A stretch of 52,124 nt of DNA from a bacterium (GTDB lineage: Bacteria > Bacillota_I > Bacilli_A > Acholeplasmatales > JAEDCM01), in contig JAILKD010000048.1 of assembly GCA_024694145.1 (NCBI GenBank), positions 1-52,124 on the forward strand, given 5' to 3'. The notes under the pieces are model-generated. The model saw only the letters and a list, made by a program, of their open reading frames with translations. It did not search any database and was not told the origin of the DNA. Within the stretch, counting starts at the first letter, position 1. Each line of letters starts with the position of its first letter. Of this stretch, positions 27,328 to 38,041 are shown one piece after another. The position numbers and the translations under genes are program-made.

Positions 27328-29709
27328 CTACATTTCAATTGTAATTGTATTTTCTTTAGCTAGCATTTCATCAGTAATTAGTAAACCACTAATCTTTTTA
27401 CCATTGATAGTAATAGATGTTACGCCATGTTCCTTCTTATTTGGATTTAATACTGTTACATCAAGTTTCTTACCTCTATAATTCTTAACAAATGAGTATT
27501 TATCCCAATTTGAAGGAATTGATGGATTAATAATTAATCCTTTTGTTGTAGGCATAATTCCTAGAATACCTTCAACTGTACCAACCATTACTGTTGAAGC
27601 AGTACCTGTTAACCAGTGTACATGACATCTACCAGCAAATGGTGAATCCTTACCTTCAACGAATTGACCATAAACATATGGCTCCATCATACGCTTTTCA
27701 GCAGTATCGTTATAAGTTGCTGGACAAGCTTCAGCCCAGTATTTAAATGCTTGATTACCTCTACCTAATTTAGCTTCAGCAAGTATTAACCAACCTTGAG
27801 GTTGAGAGAAGATACCAGCATTTTCTTTAACACAGTTATTATAAGTAATCATTAATGCTCCATCAAAATAATGCTTGTTATAAGGTTTATACATTAACAT
27901 TGCTCCATAAGGAGTGTTAAGTTCTCTATCAACTGAATCCATAGCTTTAATGGCTTTTTCACCTTTTGCATAACCTGAGATTACACCCCAAGATTGAGGG
28001 TTAAGCCACATGTTAGCTTCAGGATCTTTCTTAGCACCAATAACTGTGCCATTTTCTAAGTATCCTCTAATGAATCTATCTTCATCATAGCACTTATCTA
28101 AGATAGCTTCTAGTTTTGCTTTTTCATTAGCTAGGAATGATAAGTATTCTTTATCATTCTTTAACTCTGCATATTCAGTCATAATGTTATATGCATAATA
28201 TAATTGGAAGGCAACGAATGTTGATTCACCTTTCTTACCTAAACGTAAGCAGTCATTCCAGTCTGCATGAAGTCCTGCAGGCATACCATGATTACCTAAG
28301 TTATTTAGTGAGAATGTAATTGCACGCTTTAAGTGATCGTAAACTGTTCCTTTTTCATTATTATTAGCATATAAAATTTCTTCATCTAAGAATTTTAAGT
28401 CTCCGCTTTCAGCAATGTATTTATAAACTGTAGGGAATAACCATAAAGCATCATCAGCTCTATATGATGGATGTCCTGTTTCTTTTACATATTCAGGATC
28501 ATCTGGTGTATTCTCTAAGCCTGGTTTGTGAGTATATTTAACAAGTGGTAGACCAGCACCATTAGTTACTTGTGCACTTAACATAAACTTGATTTGATCT
28601 TTTGCCATTTCAGGAGCTAAATGAATTATACCTTGAATGTCTTGTACTGTATCTCTATATCCAAAACCATTACGTAAACCACAGTATTGGAAAGAAGCAG
28701 CTCTACTCCAAGTAAATGTAATAAAACAGTTGTATGAGTTCCATACATTTACCATGTTGTTGAATCTTTCATCTGGTGTGTATACTTGGAAGTTATTTAA
28801 TTTAGAATGCCAGTAGTTTTTAAGTTCATTTAATTCTTTTTCGCAAGTTTTACTATCTTCATATTTCTTTATGATTTCTTTAGCAACACTTGTTTTATTT
28901 TGGCCTAATACATAAGTTAAAACTTTTTCTTCTCCAGCCTTTAGTTCAATAAATGATTCTAAAGCTCCACAAGAGTTTAAGTTATAGTTTAAATCATTAC
29001 ATAAATCATTTTCAACACCAATTGGATTACTATAATTTCTATAGTTACCAATAAATGTTTCTCTATTGCCACAGTACTTGTCTACTTTAGCACCTGCAAG
29101 TCCGAAAAATCTCGCCTTTTCAGGATTATCATGACCTGTACGAATAGTTTCTTCAATCATATTATCATAGAACTTAGTAGAAGTAATGAATAATGAATAT
29201 TGAAGATTTACTTGGTCTTGTTCATAGTTAGCTTCATTAGTAAATTCAACAAAACCAGTAATTGCTAATTTCTTTGTATCTTTATTATTGTTTTTAATTT
29301 TAAATTGCCATACTTCATATTCAGCATTTAGTGGTACATAATATAATGCTTCACCTAAGATGTTATTATATTTAGATGAGATAATTGTATAAGCTGTACC
29401 ATGAATACAACGTGAATCAAATTTAGATAAATCTTTTACAGTTGGTGCCCAAGAGTTTGACCAATACTCTTTAGTATCTAAATCCTTTATATAGATATAT
29501 CTACCAGGTTGATCATTAGAATAGCTATTAAATCTATATCTAATTAGTCTTCCGTTTGCTCCTGATTTAACAAAACTATATCCTGTAGCATTATTAGAAA
29601 TGATTGCTCCATACGCAGGACTACCTAGATAATTTGCCCATGGACTAGGTGTAGCAGGATTAGTTATAACATATTCCTTGTTTAATTCATCAAAAAATCC
29701 ATATTTCAT
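27328..29709 (-). CDS. GH94 glycoside phosphorylase (cellodextrin/chitobiose phosphorylase-like)
   Basis: MKYGFFD..EYVIT.P.TP.PWANYLG, GYRDTVQD, ADWND, KENAGIF, HWLTGTA; SD GGAGG. Confidence 0.92.
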   Translation of the reverse strand: MKYGFFDELNKEYVITNPATPSPWANYLGSPAYGAIISNNATGYSFVKSGANGRLIRYRFNSYSNDQPGRYIYIKDLDTKEYWSNSWAPTVKDLSKFDSRCIHGTAYTIISSKYNNILGEALYYVPLNAEYEVWQFKIKNNNKDTKKLAITGFVEFTNEANYEQDQVNLQYSLFITSTKFYDNMIEETIRTGHDNPEKARFFGLAGAKVDKYCGNRETFIGNYRNYSNPIGVENDLCNDLNYNLNSCGALESFIELKAGEEKVLTYVLGQNKTSVAKEIIKKYEDSKTCEKELNELKNYWHSKLNNFQVYTPDERFNNMVNVWNSYNCFITFTWSRAASFQYCGLRNGFGYRDTVQDIQGIIHLAPEMAKDQIKFMLSAQVTNGAGLPLVKYTHKPGLENTPDDPEYVKETGHPSYRADDALWLFPTVYKYIAESGDLKFLDEEILYANNNEKGTVYDHLKRAITFSLNNLGNHGMPAGLHADWNDCLRLGKKGESTFVAFQLYYAYNIMTEYAELKNDKEYLSFLANEKAKLEAILDKCYDEDRFIRGYLENGTVIGAKKDPEANMWLNPQSWGVISGYAKGEKAIKAMDSVDRELNTPYGAMLMYKPYNKHYFDGALMITYNNCVKENAGIFSQPQGWLILAEAKLGRGNQAFKYWAEACPATYNDTAEKRMMEPYVYGQFVEGKDSPFAGRCHVHWLTGTASTVMVGTVEGILGIMPTTKGLIINPSIPSNWDKYSFVKNYRGKKLDVTVLNPNKKEHGVTSITINGKKISGLLITDEMLAKENTITIEM

Positions 29710-29825
29710 ATTAAAAACCTCCAATTCATTTAAAGTATATCATTATTAAAATAATAATGCAAAGAAATAAAAGACATTTACATTAATTAATTAAAGTTTT
29801 ATAATATTTCTAGGTGATTTATTAT

Positions 29826-30125
29826 ATGGCAAGCAAAAAAGAGTTAAGAAAAATGACACAATCTGAAAAGGCAATTATTAATGCAAGAGGTGAAGCCCTT
29901 ATCACAATGGGGGTTATTGTAATTGCTGTTTCAATGCTTATGGCAGTTATATGCATAGCTTACGGAAGGGCAAAAGAATCGTTTGGATTTTTAATGTTTA
30001 CATTTGCATATTTAGCTGGTGCAGCCCTTTTTTCATATAAGTATCAAAAGACTAAAGGATTCTTAATTTTTGGCATACTAGGATGCCTTATAACTATAGG
30101 TGCATTAATTATTTATCTAATCTAA
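29826..30125 (+). CDS. Small three-TM membrane protein
   Basis: SD AGGTGA, hydrophobic segments, followed by a terminator. Confidence 0.7.
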   Translation: MASKKELRKMTQSEKAIINARGEALITMGVIVIAVSMLMAVICIAYGRAKESFGFLMFTFAYLAGAALFSYKYQKTKGFLIFGILGCLITIGALIIYLI

Positions 30126-30127
30126 TA

Positions 30128-30152
30128 AACGGCTTAACTAGCCGTTTTTTTG
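30128..30152 (+). terminator. Intrinsic terminator
   Basis: AAACGGCT-TAACT-AGCCGTTT followed by a T tract. Confidence 0.8.
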
Positions 30153-30267
30153 TTTATTGTTTTGTTTTAATTTATTATCAATTTTTAAGCAAAGAAAAGA
30201 AAAAAGTTGCATTTATTTTAATTATAATTTATAATTAATATGTGTATTATTTTAAGGAGTGAAGCAA

Positions 30268-31962
30268 ATGAAAAAAATAATAGTATTTTTTATGACACTC
30301 GTGCTTATCTTTACAGTTGCTGGCTGCGGTAAAAAGCCAAAAGCTAAGATTGAAAATGAAGATATAAGAAGATCATCATATAAGTTCGAATTATCTGTTG
30401 ATGAGAACGACAATATCACTAAAGGTAGTGTTCTTGTCAATTTCTATAAACTTTCAAAAAAGGATGAAGTGCTTGTTTCAACAAAAACTTTAACAACATT
30501 TAGTGAAACAGTATCAGTTACTGGTTTAGAAAGTGATACTGAATACCGTTGTGATGTTTTATGTACATATAACAAAAAATCACATATCATTTATTCATGG
30601 GTTGTTAAAACTAAGAAAAACGGTACAGAATTTGATCCTATACTTATTGAAAATGCAAATGAATTTGTTGATTATCTTACAAAGGATTATTCAGAAGATG
30701 CTTATTATGAATTAGCTAATGATATTGATTTTAGCGAATATTCTAATAAGAATGAAGAAGGTGTTGAAATTCCATTTGAAGGTATTTCACAAACTTCATC
30801 ACAAGCATTTGCTGGAACAATCAAAGGTAATGATAAAACAATTAAAAACATTAACATTTCATCAAGTGCATCATACAATGGTTTATTTGGTTATTTCAAA
30901 GGTACATTAGAAGATGTTAAATTTGATAATGTAAATGTAAATGTAAAAAGAGATAGTTCAACAACAACTTATTCTGGATTAGTTTGTGGATATGCTTATC
31001 AAGCTAAATTCATCAATGTTGAAATTAGTAATTCTACTTTAACAGTTGATGCTAAAACTCAATATACTGGTGGATTAGTTGGTTACTCATTCGCATCAAA
31101 TATTTTAAATGCTAAAAACACTAATCTAAAACTTGAATCAAAGAGTGGTACAACATCATATGTTGGTGGTTTGACTTCATGGATTCAACAAAACTCAAGT
31201 GATAAATATGGTAAGATAATTGATGCAACAGTTAGTGGAACAGTTAACATTAGTTCAACTGAAAAATTATATTATGGTGGATTAGTTGGATTGTTAAAAT
31301 CTGGTGCAACTGTTGAAAAGGCAGTAGTAAACGTTGATGCAACAATTAATACAACTGGTGCAACTGATGCAGCTGGTTTAATTGGTAATGCAAAAATGGC
31401 TGATTATAAAGTATCTGATAGAATCAAAAATGTCGTAGCAAAAGGAAAAATCACATATAAATCAATTAAAGAAACAGATGTTATTGAAAACTCAAGTGAT
31501 GTAGCAATTGCTGGTTTAATTGCTTCAGCAACAGCAGTTAAATTAAGCGGTGCATATAGCGAAATGGAACTTGACATTGAAGCTAAAATCGCATCTGATA
31601 AAGGCCTATATTCAAGCTTAGCATTTGGTAGAGGATTTGAATATCATACAGAATTATCTAATGCTATTGTTAATGGAAAAATAAATGCCATTACAACTGA
31701 TTCTGCAGCTGATGCAGTTATTAGTGTTCATGGATATGATGGATCAGTTTATAACTTATCAGGTGATGAAAAACCATTATCAACTATTGATAGCGAAACA
31801 GTTAATTATGTTTGTGTTAATATAAATCAAAATGGTAGCGAAAACGTTTGGCCAAATCCAATTTCGATTGCTGATGCTAAAACAGCAGCTAAATGGGATT
31901 TAGTAATTTGGAATGTCACAGTTGATGAGACAAATAATAAAATTGATGTAGTCTTTTCTTAA
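30268..31962 (+). CDS. Surface lipoprotein with FN3-like domain and GLUG-like beta-helical repeats
   Basis: Lipobox VAGC; VTGLESDTEY; YYELANDIDF..F.GTI.GN.KTIKNI; repeated YxGGLVG. Confidence 0.8.
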   Translation: MKKIIVFFMTLVLIFTVAGCGKKPKAKIENEDIRRSSYKFELSVDENDNITKGSVLVNFYKLSKKDEVLVSTKTLTTFSETVSVTGLESDTEYRCDVLCTYNKKSHIIYSWVVKTKKNGTEFDPILIENANEFVDYLTKDYSEDAYYELANDIDFSEYSNKNEEGVEIPFEGISQTSSQAFAGTIKGNDKTIKNINISSSASYNGLFGYFKGTLEDVKFDNVNVNVKRDSSTTTYSGLVCGYAYQAKFINVEISNSTLTVDAKTQYTGGLVGYSFASNILNAKNTNLKLESKSGTTSYVGGLTSWIQQNSSDKYGKIIDATVSGTVNISSTEKLYYGGLVGLLKSGATVEKAVVNVDATINTTGATDAAGLIGNAKMADYKVSDRIKNVVAKGKITYKSIKETDVIENSSDVAIAGLIASATAVKLSGAYSEMELDIEAKIASDKGLYSSLAFGRGFEYHTELSNAIVNGKINAITTDSAADAVISVHGYDGSVYNLSGDEKPLSTIDSETVNYVCVNINQNGSENVWPNPISIADAKTAAKWDLVIWNVTVDETNNKIDVVFS

Positions 31963-31967
31963 AATAT

Positions 31968-31993
31968 TAGCCCCATAAAGGGGCTTTTATTTT
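31968..31993 (+). terminator. Intrinsic terminator
   Basis: AGCCCC-ATAAA-GGGGCT-TTTATTTT. Confidence 0.75.
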
Positions 31994-32081
31994 ACTCTTT
32001 TTTATTTAAAAAATTTTTTTGAAATATTTATTATAATTATGTTATAATAAAATTGTGTATTATTGTTAAGGAGTGAGCAAG

Positions 32082-33395
32082 ATGAAAATTTATAATTCAC
32101 TAACAGATAAAAAAGAAGAATTAATTCCTTTAAAAAATGGAAAAATTAATATGTATGTTTGTGGACCAACAGTATATAACTATATCCATATTGGTAATGC
32201 TAGACCTGTTGTGTTTTTCGATATAGTTAAAAGATATTTAACATATAAAGGATTTGAAGTAACTTATGCATCAAATATTACTGATGTTGATGACAAAATC
32301 ATCAATAGAGCAATTGATGAAAAAGTAAGTGAAAAAGAAATAGTAGATAAGTTTGCAACACAATATTTTAAAGATTGTGCAAATTTAGGAAGTATGAAAC
32401 CAGATATAATTCCCTATGCTACAAATTATATTGACCAAATGATTAAATATATTAAAAATTTAGAGGATACTGGATATGCTTATTACAACGATGGTAATGT
32501 ATATTTTAGAATCTCTAAAATTAGTGATTATGGTATTCTATCTAATCAAAGAAAGGAAGATTTAATTGCAGGAGCAAGAATTGATATTGCTGATAAGAAA
32601 GAATCTCCACTAGATTTTACATTATGGAAGAATACAGATGTAGGTATTAAATGGGATAGCCCATGGGGTAAAGGTAGACCTGGATGGCATACAGAATGCT
32701 GTGTTATGATTGATGATATTTTTAAAGGTGAGATAGATATTCATGGTGGTGGAACAGATTTAAAATTCCCACATCATGAAAACGAAATAGCTCAAGCTAA
32801 TGCAAGCGGACATAATCACTTAGCTAAAAACTGGATGCATGTAGGTAGACTACAAATAGATAATCAAAAGATGAGTAAATCTGAAGGTAGAACTGTTTGG
32901 GTAAAGGATTTAATTGAAAATTATCCTTATCAAGCATTTAGATTATTCATATTATCAAGTCATTATAGACAACCAATCAATTATACTGATGAAATTATGA
33001 ATCAATATAATAAAGAATGGGAAAAGATTTCTAAAGCTTATAAGCAAGCTTACGTATCACTTAGAATGAATAAGATTGAAAATAAAGATTTATCAGATGA
33101 TATTAAGGAATTTGAACAATACATGGATGATGATTTTAATACTCCAAATGCATTGATGTTAATAAGTAACATTATTAAGAAAATAAATGTTAAAGTACGT
33201 GCTAAAGAAGATTTTAGTAGTGATTTTAATACACTTGATACAATCTTAAATACTCTTGGAATTGTTCCAAATAAACCAGTTATTGATGATATAGCTATTG
33301 ATACATACAATAAATGGAATGAAGCAAGAATTAATAAGGATTTTGATGCAGCTGATAAATATAGAAATATCTTAGTTGAAAAAGGAATTATCTAA
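32082..33395 (+). CDS. cysS: Cysteine--tRNA ligase
   Basis: YVCGPTVY, HIGN, GRPGWHTEC, FPHHENE, KMSKS. Confidence 0.97.
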   Translation: MKIYNSLTDKKEELIPLKNGKINMYVCGPTVYNYIHIGNARPVVFFDIVKRYLTYKGFEVTYASNITDVDDKIINRAIDEKVSEKEIVDKFATQYFKDCANLGSMKPDIIPYATNYIDQMIKYIKNLEDTGYAYYNDGNVYFRISKISDYGILSNQRKEDLIAGARIDIADKKESPLDFTLWKNTDVGIKWDSPWGKGRPGWHTECCVMIDDIFKGEIDIHGGGTDLKFPHHENEIAQANASGHNHLAKNWMHVGRLQIDNQKMSKSEGRTVWVKDLIENYPYQAFRLFILSSHYRQPINYTDEIMNQYNKEWEKISKAYKQAYVSLRMNKIENKDLSDDIKEFEQYMDDDFNTPNALMLISNIIKKINVKVRAKEDFSSDFNTLDTILNTLGIVPNKPVIDDIAIDTYNKWNEARINKDFDAADKYRNILVEKGII

Positions 33396-33772
33396 TGGAA
33401 GCTAAATTAATGAATGGCTTATCATTAGCCTACATAGGAGATGCTTATTTTGAAATACTTGTTAGACAGTATTTACTTGAAAAAGGCATCACAAAAGTTA
33501 ATGAACTTCATAAAGAGGCAATAAAATTTACATCAGGTGAAGCACAAGCAAAATTTATTGACTTATTTATGCAAGATAATATATTAACCGAAAATGAAAT
33601 TGAAATATATAAAAAGGGTAGAAACAGTGCTACCTCACATAGAAAAAATTTATCTAGTGCTGAATACCAAAAAGCAACTGGATTTGAAGCACTAATTGGT
33701 TTCTTATATGAAAGTAAGGATAACGAAAGAATATATTATTTATTTGAGCTAATGAAAAAATACAACAGTTAG
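33395..33772 (+). CDS. mrnC: Mini-ribonuclease III
   Basis: LAYIGDA, GRN, YQKATGFEALIG; directly after cysS. Confidence 0.93.
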   Translation: MEAKLMNGLSLAYIGDAYFEILVRQYLLEKGITKVNELHKEAIKFTSGEAQAKFIDLFMQDNILTENEIEIYKKGRNSATSHRKNLSSAEYQKATGFEALIGFLYESKDNERIYYLFELMKKYNS

Positions 33773-33787
33773 GAAGAAGGTGATTTT

Positions 33788-36622
33788 ATGGCTAGAAAGA
33801 AAAAAGAAGTAGTCATAGATGAAAACTCCATAGATGAATCTGTCATAGAATCTGTAGAAACGGAAGAAATAGAAAAAAAACATGAAGAAAAAGAAGTAGA
33901 AAAAGTTGAAGAAAAACCAGTTCAAAAAGCAGAAGGAAACACTCTAGAAAAAGAAAAACTCGTTGATGATTTAACTATTGAAGGTAAACCAATAGATGTA
34001 CCAATTGATGAATCATTTTATAAGCCAACAACTGTTGATGTTAAACAAATAGTTGAAGATGGTACATATAAAATCACTCAAGTAGATTTAAAAAGAAAGA
34101 AGGCAGATTTAGATTTTGGTCTAGATAGCTTAGATGTATTAGCTAGAGAAACTGCACATTGGAATAATGTAAACGACAAAAAAGGTTCTCGTACTGTAAG
34201 TGGTATTGTATTGTCTAAAATATTTACAATCTTTAACCTTTTGTGTTTTGGTGTAGCAGCATGGCTAATAAGTGTTGGTGCTTTTACTAAATGTTTCTTC
34301 GTTATTATAGTTACAGCTAATATAATTATTGGTATTGTTCAAGATTTAAGAGCAAAAGCCATGATTGATAAATTGTCAATACTATCAGCGCCTACTGTTT
34401 TAGTACTCCGTGATGGAGAACAACAGGAAATAGAAGTTAAAAATATAGTTATTGATGATATTATGATTCTAACAAACGGAAAACAAATATGTTCTGACTC
34501 TGTTGTAATTGAAGGATTTATTGAAGTTAATGAATCATTGTTAACTGGTGAATCAGATCCAATAGTTAAGAAACCTGGAGATATTTTATATTCTGGTTCA
34601 TTTGTTGTTAGTGGTATATGTAAAGCAAGAGTTGAAAAAGTTGGAGAAGAAAATTACATTCAAAAACTAACAAAGCAAGCAAGAAAATATGAAAAGCCAA
34701 AATCAGAAATAATGAGATCTTTAAATGTTATCATTAGAACTGTTGGTGTATTAATCTTTATTTTAGGTCCAATTTATTTCTTAAAATGTTATGGAAAGAA
34801 GTTTGGACTTGATGGTGCATGGTTTGGTTCAAGTGAATATAGCGAAGCAGTAACTACAACTGCTGGTGCGATTATAGGTATGATTCCATCTGGCTTATTC
34901 TTACTTACAAGTATCGCTTTAGCAACATCTGTTGTAAAACTTGCACATAATAAAACATTAGTTCAAGAATTATATTGTATTGAAATGTTAGCAAGAGTAA
35001 ATGTTTTATGTCTAGATAAAACAGGTACTATTACTGATGGTACAATGACTGTTAAGGGTTTAATTGAATACAAGAATGAAACTGCCTATTCAACTAAACA
35101 ATTAATTTCTGCAGTGTTAAATGCACAAAAAGATGATAACTTAACTAGTAGAGCACTAGAAGAAAAGTTTGGCTTAGGTAAAAAGCTAGCAACTAAAAAA
35201 ATAGTTCCTTTCTCAAGCTCTAGAAAATATAGTATTACTGAATTTGATAAAGCAGGTTGCATTATGCTTGGTGCACCAGAATTCATTTTAAAAGAAAAAT
35301 ATTCACAAATTGAATCTGATGTTAATAGAAATGCAAAATTAGGATATCGTGTATTATTAATTGCTAAAGGTGAAAAGATTAAAGGCGATGAAATAACTGG
35401 TGAAGTAGTTCCAATTGCTTTAATTTTAATTGAAGATACAATTAGACCTGATGCCGCTGATACTATTAAATACTTTAAAGATAATGGCGTTAGTGTTAAA
35501 GTTATTTCAGGTGATAACCCTATAACAGTATCAAAGGTTAGTGAAAGAGCTGGTATTGAGGGTGCTGATAGATATGTTTCACTTGATGGTATGGCTGATA
35601 AAGATGTAATTAAAGCAGCAACTAAATATAATGTATTTGGACGTGTTAGTCCAGCGCAAAAGAAATTATTAATCAAAACACTTAAAACTGAAGGTAATAC
35701 TGTTGCCATGACAGGTGATGGTGTTAATGATATTTTAGCTTTAAAAGAAGCAGATTGTTCAATAGCAATGGCTAGTGGTAGTGAAGCAGCAAGAAATGTA
35801 AGTCACTTGGTATTAATGGATTCTAATTTCTCAAGCTTACCAAAGGTAGTTTCTGAAGGTAGAAGAGTAATTAATAACATTCAAAGAGTATCTACTTTAT
35901 TCTTAACAAAGACTATTTTCTCTACATTACTATTACTATTTGTTGTAATATTCCCATTCATGACAACTTATCCACTAGATCCAGGTCAATTATATATGAT
36001 TGACTTCCTAGTAGTAGGTATTCCATCATTCTTCTTAGCTCTTGAAGTTAATAGAAATAGAATTGAAGGAAGCTTTATCAAGAATGTCCTTAGAACGGCC
36101 TTACCAGGTGCTTTAGTAATAGTTGCATTTGCACTACTTACTTATTGGGTATGTGACCCAGTATATGGTTGGGGAGATGAAATTGTTCAAATCTTAAAAC
36201 CTGCTGATATACCTTATTTGACTGAATATATAACTAAATATAAATCATCATTTAATTATATTAATGTTTCAGATTTAAGTGCTAATGAAATGATTATTAA
36301 AGCAATAAGAACTACTCTAATAGTTATATCAACAACATTTACTTGTTTCTTGGTATTATTTAGAGTATGTAAACCATTTAACTACTTAAGAGGAATCTTA
36401 TGGACAATTGCGATTACAGTAGCATTCTTCTGTATATGTTCAATTCCATGGTTCTTTGGAATCTTACCATTCTGGAAGATGGGTATAATTGGTTCATTGT
36501 TATTAATAATCCTATTAGTAGCGTCATATCCATTAATGATTATGCTATCTGAAACTAAGAGGTGGTTCAAAGATAGAATTAAGAACCTATCTGATTGGAT
36601 GGGTCATATTGAAGAGAACTAG
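33788..36622 (+). CDS. P-type cation-transporting ATPase (CtpE-like)
   Basis: LTGES, IPSGL, DKTGT, SGDN, MTGDGVND; acidic N-terminal extension. Confidence 0.92.
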   Translation: MARKKKEVVIDENSIDESVIESVETEEIEKKHEEKEVEKVEEKPVQKAEGNTLEKEKLVDDLTIEGKPIDVPIDESFYKPTTVDVKQIVEDGTYKITQVDLKRKKADLDFGLDSLDVLARETAHWNNVNDKKGSRTVSGIVLSKIFTIFNLLCFGVAAWLISVGAFTKCFFVIIVTANIIIGIVQDLRAKAMIDKLSILSAPTVLVLRDGEQQEIEVKNIVIDDIMILTNGKQICSDSVVIEGFIEVNESLLTGESDPIVKKPGDILYSGSFVVSGICKARVEKVGEENYIQKLTKQARKYEKPKSEIMRSLNVIIRTVGVLIFILGPIYFLKCYGKKFGLDGAWFGSSEYSEAVTTTAGAIIGMIPSGLFLLTSIALATSVVKLAHNKTLVQELYCIEMLARVNVLCLDKTGTITDGTMTVKGLIEYKNETAYSTKQLISAVLNAQKDDNLTSRALEEKFGLGKKLATKKIVPFSSSRKYSITEFDKAGCIMLGAPEFILKEKYSQIESDVNRNAKLGYRVLLIAKGEKIKGDEITGEVVPIALILIEDTIRPDAADTIKYFKDNGVSVKVISGDNPITVSKVSERAGIEGADRYVSLDGMADKDVIKAATKYNVFGRVSPAQKKLLIKTLKTEGNTVAMTGDGVNDILALKEADCSIAMASGSEAARNVSHLVLMDSNFSSLPKVVSEGRRVINNIQRVSTLFLTKTIFSTLLLLFVVIFPFMTTYPLDPGQLYMIDFLVVGIPSFFLALEVNRNRIEGSFIKNVLRTALPGALVIVAFALLTYWVCDPVYGWGDEIVQILKPADIPYLTEYITKYKSSFNYINVSDLSANEMIIKAIRTTLIVISTTFTCFLVLFRVCKPFNYLRGILWTIAITVAFFCICSIPWFFGILPFWKMGIIGSLLLIILLVASYPLMIMLSETKRWFKDRIKNLSDWMGHIEEN

Positions 36623-36665
36623 AAGAATCTTTTATGATTCTTTTAGTTTTTTAAGGAGGAATAGT

Positions 36666-37373
36666 ATGACAAAAATTTATGGTAGAAATGTATGTAAGGA
36701 AGCAATAAAAGCAAATAGATTAATATTTAAAGCGTATGTTACAGATAGTTTCTATGAAAAAGAAAAATATATTATTTCTGATTTAGAAAAATTGAAAGTT
36801 AATATTGAAATTGTTCCAAAAAGTAAGCTTGATAGTTTAGGATTACATCAAGGTATAGCACTAGATGTAGAAGATTATAAAATCTATAGCTTAGAAGAAG
36901 TATTAAATGGAGAAAAACAATACTTTTTAATTCTTGATGGAATAGTAGATCCTCATAACCTAGGCGCAATAATGCGAACTAGTGATGCTACGCAAATTGA
37001 TGGTATAATTATTCCTAAAAATAGAAGTGTTAGCTTAAATAATACAGTTGCTAAAGTATCAACAGGAGCAATTGAATATGTTAAAATAATTGAAGTTAAT
37101 AATATTAATAGATGTATAGATACTTTAAAAGAAAAAGGGTTTTGGATTTATGGAACTGATATGAATAAAGATCTAGATTATACTTCTATAGATATATCTA
37201 CATCAATTGCTGTAGTTATCGGTAATGAAGGAGAAGGAATGTCTAGATTAGTAAAAGAAAAGTGCGATTATATTGTATCAATTCCTATGCAAGGACATGT
37301 TAATTCATTAAATGCAAGTGTTTCTGCAAGTATCATCTTATACGAAATTTTGAGAAAAAAATTAAATAAATAG
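36666..37373 (+). CDS. rlmB: 23S rRNA Gm2251 methyltransferase (TrmH family)
   Basis: HQG, DPHNLGAIMR, GNEGEG, SLNASVS; SD AAGGAGG. Confidence 0.93.
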   Translation: MTKIYGRNVCKEAIKANRLIFKAYVTDSFYEKEKYIISDLEKLKVNIEIVPKSKLDSLGLHQGIALDVEDYKIYSLEEVLNGEKQYFLILDGIVDPHNLGAIMRTSDATQIDGIIIPKNRSVSLNNTVAKVSTGAIEYVKIIEVNNINRCIDTLKEKGFWIYGTDMNKDLDYTSIDISTSIAVVIGNEGEGMSRLVKEKCDYIVSIPMQGHVNSLNASVSASIILYEILRKKLNK

Positions 37374-37406
37374 CTAATAAAACATATGTTTTTTTAGAAT
37401 TTTACT

Positions 37407-37432
37407 AAACGGCGGAAAAAAGCCGTTTTTTA
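37407..37432 (+). terminator. Intrinsic terminator
   Basis: AAACGGC-loop-GCCGTTT followed by a T tract. Confidence 0.7.
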
Positions 37433-37480
37433 ATTGACAAACAAAACCCATTATACTATAAAATATGTAGGGTGATGCAA

Positions 37481-38026
37481 ATGGATTTACTTGATTATAA
37501 TGATAATGAACTTATATATTTAATGAAAAGCGGAAACGAAAGTGCGTATTATTTTTTAATCAAAAAATATAAGAAATTTATACATGGTAGAATATATGAA
37601 TTGCACCTACACGATCATGAGGATTGTTTCCAAGAAGGAATAGTATGCCTATATACTGCTTGTATGTCTTTTGATGATAGTTTTAATAAGTCTTTTATGA
37701 AATATTTTGAGCAAATATTAAATAATAGATTATTAGACTTAAAAAGATCTCAAGAAAGAGAAAGTGAAGTAATGTATTCCTCTAGATTAAATTTAGATAA
37801 CTTTAGAGCTATTAAGGAAGAAAGTATTTTACTAAAAAGAGATTTTTTTGTTCCTAGATCATTTCTTATGAAACTAACAAAAAGAGAAAAAAGTGTTTTT
37901 GAGGATTATTTTTTAAACAATGTAGCAATAGAAGATATTGCTAAGAAAAATAACACTAATAAAAAAAGTATTTACTATACAATTTATAGAATTAAAGGAA
38001 AAATTAAAAAATATATGGTAGAATAA
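37481..38026 (+). CDS. sigH: SigH/ComX-like alternative sigma factor
   Basis: NDNELI..G, EDCFQEG region 2, region 4 HTH; at the conserved position after rlmB; start could be 37472 or 37475. Confidence 0.7.
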   Translation: MDLLDYNDNELIYLMKSGNESAYYFLIKKYKKFIHGRIYELHLHDHEDCFQEGIVCLYTACMSFDDSFNKSFMKYFEQILNNRLLDLKRSQERESEVMYSSRLNLDNFRAIKEESILLKRDFFVPRSFLMKLTKREKSVFEDYFLNNVAIEDIAKKNNTNKKSIYYTIYRIKGKIKKYMVE

Positions 38027-38041
38027 TAAACGGTGGTTAAA

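Noticed and set aside
31963-32081. T-box leader before cysS
   Set aside because: The intergenic region is too short and has no T-box sequence
35086-35709. 207-aa minus ORF and the other short antisense or alternative-frame ORFs in the track
   Set aside because: They overlap well-supported genes, lack SD and motifs, and are explained by codon bias
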